A stretch of 64,000 nucleotides of DNA, from assembly GCA_951406725.2 (NCBI GenBank), contig OX597814.1, forward strand, positions 91,078,001 to 91,142,000, in the 5' to 3' direction. The stretch comes from Octopus vulgaris (lineage: Eukaryota). This document shows, piece by piece, positions 13,491 through 26,980 of this stretch (position 1 is its first letter; each line of letters starts with the position of its first letter). The notes under the pieces are model-generated. The model was not told the DNA's origin. It did no database searches and worked only from the letters and a program-made list of their open reading frames with translations. Made by a program: the position numbers and the translations under genes.

Positions 13491-15159
13491 TAATCCTTCG
13501 TCATACCATTGTTATAATTCATGTCATCTTACAACCCTAATTTTCTTTCTATTCCATTTTCCTCCGCTCCTCGCCTATTTTTCACTTCTGTCGCCTTCTT
13601 CCCCTGTCACATAGTTTCCTTTACTACCAATTCCTTTTTATGTATGCAAGTAAAAGCTGGCTTGCGTCGCCATCAGTTCTTCAAACATAGAGGATGAAAA
13701 CCTTTGCTCTCTTTCTCCCCAGCAGCCCTGCATTCAATTTCACCTTGAACAACTCTCTTTGAAATGTTGTATTGTCCACTTCTTTCAGTGATTACAATGT
13801 ACACTTTCTGTTGCTTTTCCAAATAATATGTTTTCAACATATAATATAAACTAGTAAGGGCTGTGCCTATACGGATAGAATTAGGTAATGGTTCCCTAAA
13901 TATTTATAAGTGAATAATGTATCACACGAAGAAACGTGTAAACTTATAATGGCATTTTCTTTTGTTTGTCAACGAAATTGTATTTGAGTAGCCGTATAAT
14001 GGCCTTTTGTTTTCTTTCACTGCGAAATTGAATTTCCATACAAATTTGCACTAAATCCGTGTAGAGTAATACAATACATAGCGGCAATATGATTCCTAGA
14101 ATGTATTCTCTTTTAATCTATATTTATTAGCTTTTTGAAATATAAGCATTTATAAAACGTAATAATTAATTAGCTGAACGAAGCGACAAAATAGGAACCA
14201 CCTACGTAAATATGAATGTAGGAAGGCTCTCCACAATAAAGCATGTACCGCCTGGTTTACGAAACGCTGAGGCTTTTTACTTAATGGGAAAACACTGTAG
14301 TATCTAACGTACAAATCCCATATAAACAGAAGTTCGCACGTGTATCTCATTAACTGCGCATTTTTTTATAAAGCCTACACTTCTCAAAAAGAAATGATGA
14401 ATATATTACTACTAATGATGTAAGGGGGCAAGAAAATCGCCCGTATTACCCAAAACTCGGCTCTTTGCATTGATGGCAATAAGGATAGTACTACCTAATT
14501 TTTGCATGACTTATTCGACACCAGGAAGAAATACTAAACTGCAAGATGCTACTTAATTATGCGATGTTTGGATGCCTTTTCAACATACTTTGCATCTATG
14601 GAGTTGAGTTTTAAAAAGGAATTATATGTACGTAACAGGTAAAATGAAACGTTTTGAAAACTTATTTGAATGCAATAAAAATCATATTACTTGAGACCAT
14701 TTGTCTAAGTAAGAGATGCTTCCTCGAGACAAATACCACTGCTGAGAAAACCTTCAACAGTATTCCTGCATAATATAATATACAGATTTTTAATTCAAAC
14801 AATTACTACTTCCGACACAAACAACGAAATTCTATTTTGCTACCGGCAAAAGCGACGTCGGTAGCGTTTTCAGACATTGTTTAACTATATCAGCTAGTGT
14901 CCAATTTTCGCTGTGCATGAAATCTCAGTGAATACTCAACACTGATGAAAGTCAGAGATCCAGATATAGCAATGCACCACCACTACTACAAGATTTTCGT
15001 CTGCTAATGATATATTTCTGCTTTTATTTTAACGCTATGCGTCACTAAGAGATGCTTTACTGAGACGAATACCGCAATTTAGAAAGCTTTAAGCATCATA
15101 TATACTTTAAAAAAATTCACATTGCTGATTTGAACTGATATAGCTTGTAACATACGCGC

Positions 15160-15216
15160 GCACACACACACACATAAATATATATATATATATATACATA
15201 CATATATATACATAAA

Positions 15217-15250
<34 letters not shown>

Positions 15251-15297
15251 CATATATATACATACATACATATATATACATACATACATATATATAC

Positions 15298-15362
<65 letters not shown>
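15160..15362. repeat. (TA)n/(TACA)n microsatellite
   Basis: Directly visible. Confidence 0.95.
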
Positions 15363-15366
<4 letters not shown>

Positions 15367-15425
15367 CTAAGACGCTTTAAGCTTTTTTTCCACACGGAGG
15401 TCGGTTTTATCATTCTGCGGTATGT

Positions 15426-15778
15426 AGATCTTTTCGGTTTGAACGGCAGATTTTTTGGCGGTGTCATATGAAATTTCACCTATAATTATGACCCTAGTTT
15501 TAGGGTTAGTGTTAGTTAGGGTTAGGGGTGGGGGAAGGGTATATTTTTTTCTTCAGAAATGTAAATAAACCCAATCTGTTTCTTAAACGAGGGACATATT
15601 CATACAGCACAGACGTATTTGAAAAAAAACACAAATATCTTACAAACTATAGAATTTTTTCAATAAAGCCAAGAGAAAAAGAAGTTTTATAAACACATTC
15701 TACCAGTATACGAAGTTAAAATTTTTTTAGTTTACCTAGAAATTATGTTAAAAACTGCCGTTCAAACCGAAAAGATCC
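15426..15778. mobile_element. MITE with 23-bp perfect TIRs and 7-bp TSD
   Basis: GATCTTTTCGGTTTGAACGGCAG (15427-15449) and its reverse complement (15755-15777); flanking GGTATGT at 15419-15425 and 15779-15785. Confidence 0.9.
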
Positions 15779-16225
15779 GGTATGTTTTGCTCTTCCTTCG
15801 ATTGGCAAAATGGGAGGGAGGGTAACATTTGTTCACACATTTCCTCCAAGAATTACTCTGGAATTACTTGTTTGGTAGGTGTCAACTTCCATGTTGTACT
15901 GACTGTGTAAACAAATTTTCCCCAAAGGAACACCATTCGCCTTTAAGCAGGGGGTATTCGCACAAAAAAAAACGAACTTGCTAAAGCAGGCAATGTCTGC
16001 AAGAGGTACAGAAAACAGCAAAAGTTGTATAACAGTTCAAAAAATGACGGTAATTGCAAAAGGGAAAACCTATAATAACACGTCTGTTCCGTAAAAGGCA
16101 CTGAAAGACATAAAGCAAAATTGTATTAAATTTTTGTTTCTCCTCCTGTAATAATTTTAATTAGTACTTAAATATAAATGTATGTTCTCGTGGTGAAAAT
16201 CTGTTTTCGTCAAGAAGAGCTTATT

Positions 16226-16807
16226 TTTTTCTACTCTAGGCACAAGGCTCTAAATTTTGGGGGAGGGCGTCAGTTGATTAGATCGAATCCAGTACGAAAC
16301 TGGTGCTTTATTTATCGACCCCGAGAGGATGAAATGCAAAGTCAACCTCGGCGAAATTTGCTCTCAGAATGTAGAGACTGAAGAAATACATATTTCTTTA
16401 CTACACACAAGGGGCTAAACACAGAGAGGACAAACAAGGACAGACAAATGGATTAAGTCGATTATATCGACTCCAGTGCATAACTAGTAATTATTTAATC
16501 GACTGCGAAAGGATGAAAGGCAAAGTCGACCTCGGCGGAATTTGAACTCAGGACGTAGCGGCAGACGAAATACATATTTCTTTACTACCCGCAAGGGGCT
16601 AAACACAGAGAGGACAAACAAGGACAGACAAACGGATTAAGTCGATTATATCGACCCCAGTGTGTAACTGGTACTTATTTAATCGATCCCGAAATAATGA
16701 AAGTCAAAGTCGGCTCGGCGGAATTTGAACTCAGAACGTAGCGGCATACGAAATCCCGCTAAGTAATTTGCCTGGTGTGCTAACATTTCTGCCAGCCTGC
16801 CGCCCTC
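16226..16807 (-). mobile_element. SINE family A, tandem multimer with a single 15-bp TSD
   Basis: Head GGCGGCAGGCTGGCAGAA on minus strand; body repeated with about 185-bp period; CAAGAAGA(G/T)CTTATT at 16211-16225 and 16808-16822. Confidence 0.85.
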
Positions 16808-18548
16808 CAAGAAGATCTTATTGCACAAACAAATTCGAAGTGGAATTCAATGTGAGCTTTCCCTACTTTTGCATGGAAATAGAAAATTCCACTTCAAAAT
16901 GTATGAAACAAATACAGGGAAACAAATGCTAAGTTTTCTTTTTTACATATATTCGAAAATGTGTAGTAGAATTTTTACCTCTGCAGGATTAAGTACAAAT
17001 TATTTACTGAGAACCTCTAAACTATATTTTTGTTTAGATTTATTATTCTCTGAAAACATCGAAATGGAAACCCTATTTTATATAATCTAAAATATTACTG
17101 GATTTACTCCACTGATCTCATAAAGACAACTGCAGTTCGAATCAGCGAAACATAAACCTCATTCTGAATAGAACATTAGCAGTCGAAGGCAGGTAATATC
17201 AATATTGATAACACTTAAATATCTTACATTGGACTTATTTCTAACTCAAGGCATAAGCTTTAGCTTCTTTGTCCTTGTAAAATAACACGAAAAGATCGTT
17301 TAAATTTTCTAAATTCTATATCGTATAACAACGTAGTTTTGCCTGAGTTGAAAGTCACACTCACCTACCAACATTAATACACACACACACACAGCGATGA
17401 AAGAGAGCTCTCGGAATTAATCAGCTTTTCAGAGAAGTGTATAAATTTTAGAGGATGTGGTCATCAATGTTTACCGCTGATTAACTATATTTTAGACTAT
17501 ACATTTTTAAAAATGGGTGGCACTTTTTTCTTATATACTTCAAGGGACCCCTGGATTTAAATTAGTAGGATATATGAAAACATTATTCGTGAATATCACT
17601 ATGATAATCGACGTACATCAATTACCATTTATTCAGGGTAATCATATTATTTTCCACAAATTGGATATTAGATAAATCGAATTTTATTTGTCACCAGGTT
17701 TTATTCAGTTATAAGTCAATACAATAGCAACCAGTAGAATTTAAAATAAAATAAGAGTGAAACCGAGCATCGCAAGTGGAATTCGCATTATTACCTTTTT
17801 CTAAAACTTACGCACATACAGCGCGGAGACTCATCTAGACGGTTCTTTGAATATTAAATTAACAATGAATTATATTTTCTAACATTACTTATAATATACT
17901 TTTATTTAGAAAATAATTCGCGGGTGATTTCAATTGTTCTACTGCTTTAACAATAAACACCTAGTATGTACTCTTCTTATAATGTGTGAAAATATTATTT
18001 CTCGTACACGACCAAGGCGTCTAAATGCTACGGCTAAAGTACTATTACAAAATATCCACTGATACACTTTTAAAATAAGTTATTATTGGCCATTCGGTAC
18101 CGCCTTTCGTGAAATTTTAAAGTACAACCGCGGAATTTTAATCAAATTATTGGTACTACTTATAAAATATAAAGTCTCGTTTATATTTTGTAGACGCCTG
18201 CACTATTCTATCCATTGGAATATCTAATATTCACCGTGATAAGTGTTATGGATTTAAACAATATTCTTTTTATCAATCGATAAGTGTTCATATAAAAATA
18301 TGTTTTCTTACAGTGACAGCTAACTCCCAGCTGTCAACAAAAAAATAAAAATGAGAAAGAAATATTTTGCAAACATTGTTTTGCTTCACTAGAAACATCT
18401 AATATTTATTTAGGTTCACTACATTAGCAAGAAGTGTCCCAATTTTTGTATTTGTATTTTCTTTTCAGTAACATACAATTAGCATCTGATATGTGCTCTG
18501 AAGGATAGATTTAAACTCTCATATCCATTTTGCTATTTGATAATGTTA

Positions 18549-18920
18549 AGGCGGCTAGCTGTCGGAGTCATTCGTAGGCCGGGTGAAATGCTTAGCGGCA
18601 TTTCGTCCGTCGTCATGCTCTGAGTTAAAAGGCCACCAAGGTCCACTTTGCTTTTCATTCTTTCGGAGTCGTTATAATAAGTACCAGTTGAATATTGAGG
18701 TCGATGTAATTGACTTAATCACTGACGCGGAAGTGCTTACATCGTGCCAAAATATGAAATCAATACCTGCAAGGCGGTCAGCTTGTAGAAATGCTAAGCG
18801 AGCCTGGCAAAATGCTGAGCGACATTTCGTCCCTCCTCTCGTTCTGAGATCAAATTCAGCCGATGTTCACATAGCCTTTCGTCCTCTAGGGTCGGTAAAG
18901 CAGTACAAGATAAACACTTG
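18549..18920 (+). mobile_element. Two adjacent SINE family A copies
   Basis: GAAATGCTTAGCGGCATTTCGTC and GTTCTGAG motifs occur twice (from 18549 and 18772). Confidence 0.75.
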
Positions 18921-19841
18921 AAAATTGGCTTTCAAGATGTCTTATTTGTTTGCAGTTAACTTGAGATACGCAAAATGGTTTGCCTGCAAGAATTTATATG
19001 TATTTGTTTGATATAATGCTATAACGGTATTATACGGAGACGTTATCACACAAGCGATGTTGGTCTCCTCAGTCGAACGTTTATGTTTCAAGTTATTTAG
19101 TTCTTGGGACAGTTTCTGCGTACGTGTTTTGTTTTAATAAAGATTAAGTGAAATAATTGATTAAAATTGATCTTCAGAATGAAAGGTTCGACTTCTTTTA
19201 GAAATAATACAAACGTAATGAATATATTGTAATGTGAAAGTGATGATATGATTTTGAGTTCAAACTTTGGTAGGTACATTTTGCAAAAGACAATCAAAAT
19301 GTTATTTTTAAAAAAGTGTAGTTTTAATATATTATTAGAATATAATTTTTGAACCAGGAATGTGAGAATTTATCGGGAAAGCTATAATACAGTGACAATG
19401 CTAAATTTGTAACAAAAATCAGAGAGGAGTATCTTAATGGGCATCAATTCTTTGCCAATTATGAGAAAATATCCAATCACATAAAAGGGAAAAAGTAAAT
19501 GTTGGCTTTGTAAATAATTATACGTAAGAAACATTTAAACATCAAATCTCTAAAGATGTGGGGTTTTTTTTTGCCATATGTCCTGTTGATGCATGTTATA
19601 AAGAATTGTATCGCAGATAAGATAAATTTTTTTTGTAAACTAAATGCATTTATCTGCTCCACGACTAAAAGATGATGTTAGCAGGAGAGTTAGAATTCAA
19701 TATCATATTCATTCATATTACTCTTCTTCTGTCCAATTAGTAATAATAGTTTCATATATCACCATGTTCGGCCTTTAGTTAATTTATATGTTATTTTTGC
19801 AATTCAATAATCGTAAAGTTCTATTTTTTCTCTCTTCAGAT

Positions 19842-20315
19842 ATGAAACCAGAAAGAATTCGATTTAACCTATTCTTCATCCTTTCTATTTTATTGTGTTG
19901 TGCAGCGATGACAACACCGGAAAATGAAACATTAGTTAAGAACAATTCAATAACCGGTCAAATACTTGTATCCTGTGCAATAATAATTCTTTGCTTACCG
20001 TTTATTGGCATGATCTGTTACCTAATAAATATAAGGTGCCGATTTGTGATATTCGATATATTTTTTCCGATTAAAAAAGATATTGTTTGCTTAAGAATTG
20101 ATGAAATTTCACCTGATCCCAGTTTATATCATATTGAACCTCGACCACGTAGTAACACAAATAATTCCCAAAAGTTGTATTACGAACTGTTGAATGCAGA
20201 TTCACAATACTGTAATTCACCTACAAGTACTGATCAGTCGACAATTTCGAATATTTCAAATGGTGTTTTAAGTGAAAATTCTCAAGAATTATCAGACCAA
20301 GCTCTTTTGCACTAG
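19842..20315 (+). CDS. Uncharacterised 157-aa type I single-pass membrane protein (adaptor/sorting-receptor-like)
   Basis: Non-repetitive open frame; polypyrimidine tract and AG acceptor at 19838-19839 just before ATG; signal peptide (MKPERIRFNLFFILSILLCCAA), sequons NET and NNS, TM ILVSCAIIILCLPFIGMICYLI, tail motifs LYYELL, YCN, DQALLH-stop. Confidence 0.7.
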   Translation: MKPERIRFNLFFILSILLCCAAMTTPENETLVKNNSITGQILVSCAIIILCLPFIGMICYLINIRCRFVIFDIFFPIKKDIVCLRIDEISPDPSLYHIEPRPRSNTNNSQKLYYELLNADSQYCNSPTSTDQSTISNISNGVLSENSQELSDQALLH

Positions 20316-20584
20316 CTGTATAAGCAGCCCTTAAAGCACATTTTCTCTACATTAGAAGGCTTCTAATAATATAGTTTCTATACACTATTGTTTTTGAATA
20401 ATACCTATTTCAAATAATGTCCGTTAACGTGTGTTGATCACGAAAAAGAAAAACACCGCCTTTGTTTCAAAGTTACACCCTTCTCCATTGTAGTTATTCA
20501 GTCTTAATTATGCATCTTATATTCGAGAATGCAAATGACACATTGAGGATATATCTATTAGGGATGTTGTAAATTATCGCATGC

Positions 20585-20590
20585 AATAAA
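20585..20590 (+). promoter_or_regulatory. Candidate polyadenylation signal of the membrane-protein gene
   Basis: AATAAA about 270 nt after the stop; the motif is common in AT-rich DNA. Confidence 0.3.
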
Positions 20591-22362
20591 GACAGCCACC
20601 AAAATTCATCCCAGTATATGATGACATGATCATATGCAAGAAAATCGCATCGTCTGTATCAAAGATATATATATTATATATATCTAAAGCAGTGTAGACT
20701 AAGAAACACATAGCTTGTGTTTAAAATCCAGTTGATTTATAGACTTAATGTATACTGTTTGTCATCTACTGAAAGAATTGCCAATACCCGTTTCAATAAG
20801 GCGAAAGCCACATGAATTCATAGGTAAAGCTAAAGCACAGGAAACCTTAAGACGTTTGAGCTGGTTTAATAAATTCGTATCCCTATACAGCCAAGTGGGC
20901 ACATTTTTCCTAAGAACTTGTGCGTATAAGCATAAATATTTTTCTCATATCCATTTCTGTAAGATGTCTATAAAAGTCATGTTGTTAAGTAACATTAATT
21001 TCTGCATGTTTTTTGTCTGGAAACAATAGTGAAAAAGAAAATGTGCCTTGTTACACATGCTGTTAATTTATTACATGTCATAAAAGAAAATTATCTAAAC
21101 GATATGGTCTTGAACCTAATAATCCTGTTTTCAAAACTTCGGAATTCGTTAAAGCTTCACTTAAATTGCATTTATTGAAAATACATCTTGTAAAACCAGG
21201 AAAACTTGTCATAAAGCGAGCTGTCGTTAACGAAATTCTGAATTCATTTAAAACGCTGGTATTTGAATCATAAAAGTTACTTTTGATTATTAAGTGCATG
21301 GTGGAAATATTTTATGCTTGTTTTTCTTTACCACCAGCTGTCAAACATGGTTGAGTATGGTCTTGTTTGTTACAAACATTGACTGTGTACTTATCAACAT
21401 AAATTCTAACGCTAAGAAGCTTCAAATCAAAATTAAAATACAGAATTGTTTCAGGGCTTCATGTTATTTAAATTTTGTTTTTCACCTACAGGAGAAATTA
21501 ATCAACGAAAATGTGCACGTAATTTTCCTTTAGAGATTCTTACAATGTTTATTCTACATTCTTTTGATGACCGATATTGTTTTTTCATAAAAAAAGTCGC
21601 TTTCACAATCTCTAGGAGATGCTTACTAAAGTGTGATAACGGCAGGTTTTAATTTATAACTCCAGTGTTTCAATATTGAAATCAAGAATTGATCTAGTGT
21701 AGTCATCTGAATATAACAGATGTACGCATTTTGTACAAATGCATGAAATGAAGCTATTGTTAACATACGTACATATACGCACGCACATATGCCCCTAACT
21801 ACGCCCTTGTGTATGTGCACCCTAGTATATTTAGTTTAGTTAGTAAAGATAGAGGTTAATTGCTTCAATTCATAAATATATTCAATATATAAATACATTC
21901 AATTGCATTTTTCATTCGCTGCTTTGGTTAGTCAGTGCTTTGCCACAGTAGAATATCTAAAATTTGGTTGAATCACTTGTCATATTTTTCTTGCAAATCT
22001 CTTATATTTATAGTTTTTGGGAAGGCTAAATATCAAAAATATCGCTCTTTACTAAACTGAAATGGAGGAAGCAAATGTTCGGCTTATATACACTTCAATA
22101 AAGATAACGTGCGGAAGTCCTTCCGACATTTATACACATAAATTGTTTATCTCACCAATTTCGATTTAGGCAGTAATGATAAAACTTTGAAACGCCGCTC
22201 ATAGTTCAGCTTCTTCATAGACGAACAATGGATTCTTTCAAGTCCAGTAGAAAAAAAAAACAGAGGGCTATAAACCTTAAGAATAATCCAAATGATTAAA
22301 TCGAATTTATTACACAGAAGTATCAATTCTTAGTTTCAAAATGTTTCAATGTTTACACTGCC

Positions 22363-22572
22363 AAAGCAGCGAGCTAGCAGAATCTTTAGCACGCCGGGTG
22401 AAATACTTAGCTGTATTTCGTTGGTCTTCAGAGTCTTAGTCTAAATTCCGTTGAGGTCGACTTTAATCATTTCGCGGTCTATAAAATAAGTGTAAATTGA
22501 GCAATGGGGCAGATGCAATCGACTAACCCCTCCTCCAAATTTGCTGGCTTGGTGGCAAAATTTGAAATCAAT
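22363..22572 (+). mobile_element. SINE family A
   Basis: GCAGCGAGCTAGCAGAATC head, AAATTCCGTTGAGGTCGACTTT, AAAATTTGAAATCAAT tail. Confidence 0.8.
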
Positions 22573-22693
22573 ATTTACACCACAAATATTAAAATGGTTT
22601 GCCATTTCAACGTATTAGATAAAACGTTGCAATATTTCCCATTCCCCGATTCCTGTACAAGATGGCCCACAGTCTGCCATGGAATGTTTTCCA

Positions 22694-22875
22694 ATATTGG
22701 TTTCAAATTTTGGTACAATGCCAACAATTTTGATGGTGGGGTAATTCGATTACATCGACGCCAGACCTTAACTGGTAGCTATTTCATCGACCCCGAAAGG
22801 ATGAGAGGCAAATTCGACCCAGCAGATTTGAACCCAAAACGTAGAGACGTAGCATTTTTCCGGCATACTAATTGT
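22694..22875 (-). mobile_element. SINE family A (inverted relative to 22363-22572)
   Basis: ATTGGTTTCAAATTTTGG and TCGACCCCGAAAGGATGA are reverse complements of family A. Confidence 0.75.
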
Positions 22876-24029
22876 TTTTTTTACTATTGAGAATTTCGGT
22901 GAAAACTTGTCATTTTCTCTCCTTGAATTATATGCCACTGTCATATACTTTACTATATATGTCATGCTCTGACATATAGATAGCATAATCCTTGATTACT
23001 TGTGAAGCGTTCATTATTATCAATAGAATTTGGACAGATAACTCTTCATCACAAACAAAACCTGAATAATTTAAGTAAAATTTCTTGAATAATTCTGTTA
23101 ATTGCTTACAATCTGCAATGCTTGTGTTAATAAACACGTATTTTTTTCACTACTTATATTCTACTTGAATCCCGTAATATATAACGTATATGTTTCAACT
23201 TCTTTTCGTGCCTTGGAAAGCTTCGAGTCACATCAAATTTGCGTTGAGTGGTTCATTTGCTTACCATCAATATGTCAGACTACCTGGTAATTGGACCAAG
23301 AAGCACAGTTTTCTACTAGCTTAAAAGCTTTTGTAGGGCTCTTCATTGGGCTTTGAACCCAATAATGACAGTTCATGCATTATGTGCATATTAAATTTTA
23401 CTAAACTTAATCAATATTTTTCAAGCAATGTAACATGTTGACTTGTAACTTATTGCAAAGCTTTTCATTATGAACAATTTTTTTTTTGCTTTCCCATTCG
23501 GGCGTCAGTGCATTTTTTTTTCCTGTAAAACTTCTTTCTTTCTCACTCTCTCTCTCTGTTGATTTCCAACCATCATCGATACCGCCACCACAACTGCCAT
23601 GCACACACGCACCATTCGCCACTAACATCAATACATTTGACTTCGCCGCCTTCACCTCCACCACCATCACCAATGTCTTTCACATCCCTATAGCTCATGC
23701 TATTACTATCACCCTATTACCAGCTCAACTGTCAATCTACTTTCGCCCTCATCGTCTCTATGCCTACTATTACTCCTACTCCAGCAAGAGGACTAGAAGT
23801 GTCATTGAATAGTGAGAGAAGGGCTCAAAGTGTGACACAGAAATTAGTTTTGGCATTTATTATTATAGATTTATAAGCTAGATTTTCTTCAAATTATTGC
23901 GCTTTCACCATACAAAGAATTTTGATGGATGACTATTGTACTCCTACAGTTGAAGTATTGTGTGCGAAAGATGATGGTGGCTCTCATTGACCTATTTATC
24001 TTCATTTGATTGGCAATATTTATGTTGCG

Positions 24030-24192
24030 TTCGTCCGTCTTTCCGTTCTGACTTCAAATTCCGCCGAGGTCAACGTTATTTTCATTCTATCGGGGTCGAT
24101 AAAATAAGTATCAGTTGAGTACTAGGGCCGATGTATTCGACTTAACCCCTCGCTAAAAGTTGCCGCCCTTGTGCCAAAATTTGAAACCAATA
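24030..24192 (+). mobile_element. SINE family A, 5'-truncated
   Basis: TTCAAATTCCGCCGAGGTC..GGGGTCGATAAAATAAGT..GTGCCAAAATTTGAAACCAAT. Confidence 0.8.
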
Positions 24193-26356
24193 CTTATATC
24201 ACGTATACGTATTCTTTTCATCGCCCCACCTTAATTTTTCATACAAGTGCTAGTGCTACTGCCAAACGATGAAATATAATTTACCAATGAACAAACATTT
24301 TTGTCGGGATCAAATGAATACATTCGTATTATAGAAAGACTCTATGCAAGCGAGTTAAACAAAATGATTATTATTTTATGTACTTCAACTTGATATATCA
24401 CAGTGGACCGTAGATGGTTTATAAAACAAATTTCAACAGCTTTACAACAACTAAAACATTTACTCCTGTAACTGAAACTACTGCTACTACTGATGATGAT
24501 GTTATCAGTAATAATCTATAACCTACACACTAGATTTTGAGAAAAATTCAGCTGAATAAATTGCAATTATTTGACTGGTAATTATTTCATCGGATCAAGA
24601 AAGTTCTGAAGCAGTTTATAATGATACAATTTTTCTACAATATTGATATTATGGTAGACTTGGGAGAAATTCGTAATATTTTATGTTTGTTGTTTTTGAG
24701 GAAAATATATAAAGGAAGAACATCTATTGTGTCAATTAAAGATTTAAATTGAAACTAAAACACGTTGTAATTGTTTGCCAATAAACAACAAAGAAATTAT
24801 CGAAACAACAAATATATTCTTGTTATTAATGTATTTAGTTTTGAAACCCCATCCAATACTTTGTTTACTTGCTTATGACAGTACTTTCTCCTCCTCTTCC
24901 AGTACATTGTTTTGTCTACTAAATCAAAAACCTAATGACGGGTAATATTACCCGGGCCTGTTTATAATGCATTTATATATATATAACTAACAACTTAGTG
25001 AGATATTTGGCTTTTAATCCAAGCGGTAGCGGTTTGTTTTGTCATGGATTTGCTAGATATCAATGAGAAAGATACTTAATTCCAGCAATTAAAGGGAACT
25101 TAGCAGCGACTATATTTTATTGATGAGATACAATTGGCACTTATATCGGAAACATCTGCGGTATTCATGAAAGTTACAGATGTTACACTTCTCTTGTTTA
25201 GTCTTCATGCAAAACTGAATAGTCAGGGGAAATATACTTCGGTATTTCTTTCGGAAACTATCAACATACACATGCCAAGGGATACGATTGGTATACATGT
25301 GGGACGTAATATATAGTGTGGGGTAATTCCAACCCTCATCTCTCGGTGGATATTATAACTGTTTCCTTCATCCCGTAATTAAATTCGGCCCTGTAAAATG
25401 ACATACAATTTAGATGTCGACATATGTATAACAAATTCTCCTTAAAGATGTAGTACGCTGCTTTTAATGTGCGTCATATATTGTAATTACATTGTTGTAA
25501 GATTGGAAATCATAACTAAAACTAACGATTGTTATCAATTATTATTTCCCTGTAGAGTATTTTTTATTAACGTTAAACTCAGTTTTACTAGTTAAGATAC
25601 TTTACAGAAAACTCAAAAGAATGATATTAACATCGCAATGTATTTTACTTAAAGTGTGAGCAAACGAAGGCAAACAAATTATCGGACTAAGTAACATACC
25701 TTATACTTATTAGTTGGTTAGCAATTTTTTAAAACAACAGATTGCAATTTTCAAAAAAGGAATGCAAAAAAGTTCAATTTAATATATTGAATCTGGTCTT
25801 CGTATTTAGCTTTAAACCCAAATCTCATCCTTAAAATCTACAATATAATTGCTTTAAAGTGTTAATTATTAATCCTTGAAAACACTTACAGCAATTATTT
25901 TTGTTAATGCGATAATTCTTCTTTACCTAAAATGGTAATTTGAAATTAAATCTAAGAAAGCTTCATAAACCAAACAAATGCTCCAACAGCTGTCTACTTT
26001 TCAAAAGAGAATTGGGAGAATGGAGACATACAAGTTTCAGAAAATACTAAAGAATATCGTAATTTCCAGTCTTTAATTCTAGAAACCCAAGGTAAATTGT
26101 GGGAGTAAATATACACTGGTGCTGAATCTGAGACGTACTTGGTTGTTTTATGTTCCTTTGGTATCGAAAATAGTGGCTACGGATACACTCTGGACAATAT
26201 ACAATTCTTGATTTGTAAAAATATAAATGTCTGTAAGTAGTATATGTGTGTATATGTAACGCAAGCATGCAAACTGTGTATGTATATAATAAGAGGCCGA
26301 CGTTTAGAAATAGTTACCCAAATAAAGACAGACGCTATCATTAAAGGGGTGTGGAT

Positions 26357-26980
26357 AGGTGGCAAGCTGGCAGTGTCGTTAACATGCCGGGAAAAATGCT
26401 TAGCGACATTTGGTCCGTCTTTACGTTCTGAATTCAAATTTCGCTGAGGCCGACTTTACCTTTCATCCTTTCGGAGTCAATAGAATAGATAGCAGTTGAT
26501 CACTGAGGATTGAGGTAATCGACTTAGCTGCCCCACCTCCGAAATTCCTGGCGTTGAGCCAAAATTTGAAACCATTATTAAAGGTGTGTGGAGGGCGGCG
26601 AGCTGGCAAAAAGCCTTAGTGCTGGGGGTCGATGTAATCGACTTACCCCCGATCTAAAATAGTTAGCTTTGTGCTAAAATTTGAAATCATTATTGAATGT
26701 GTGTGCTCGTGCGCGGGCTCTGTTGCATGTGCTCAACGTCTCATACACAGAGGCAGGTATATATAAATACGTGAACACTCACTAAAATGAATATGTGTGT
26801 AAGGTGGTGAGCTGACAGCCTCGTTAGCGTGCCGAAGTTCTGTCTTCAAATTCGGATGATGTCATCTTTTCGTTTCATTCATTTGGGGGTCAAATGAGTA
26901 AGTAACTGTTCCACCCGTGGGTTGATCAAAATTAACTAAACACCTCCCACCAAATTCCAGACCGTGTATCTGTAGGAGAA
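26357..26980 (+). mobile_element. Cluster of three SINE family A copies (26357-26580, 26594-26692, 26803-26980)
   Basis: Three GG(C/T)GG(C/T)(G/A)AGCTG heads with family A bodies, two internally deleted. Confidence 0.8.

Noticed and set aside
14705-15095. About 50-bp diverged direct repeat (14705-14760 and 15043-15095)
   Set aside because: Only two degenerate copies; likely an old local duplication
21078-21460. Minus-strand 73-aa ORF and a degenerate signal-peptide-like upstream stretch
   Set aside because: No recognisable domain, in-frame stops, no splice support
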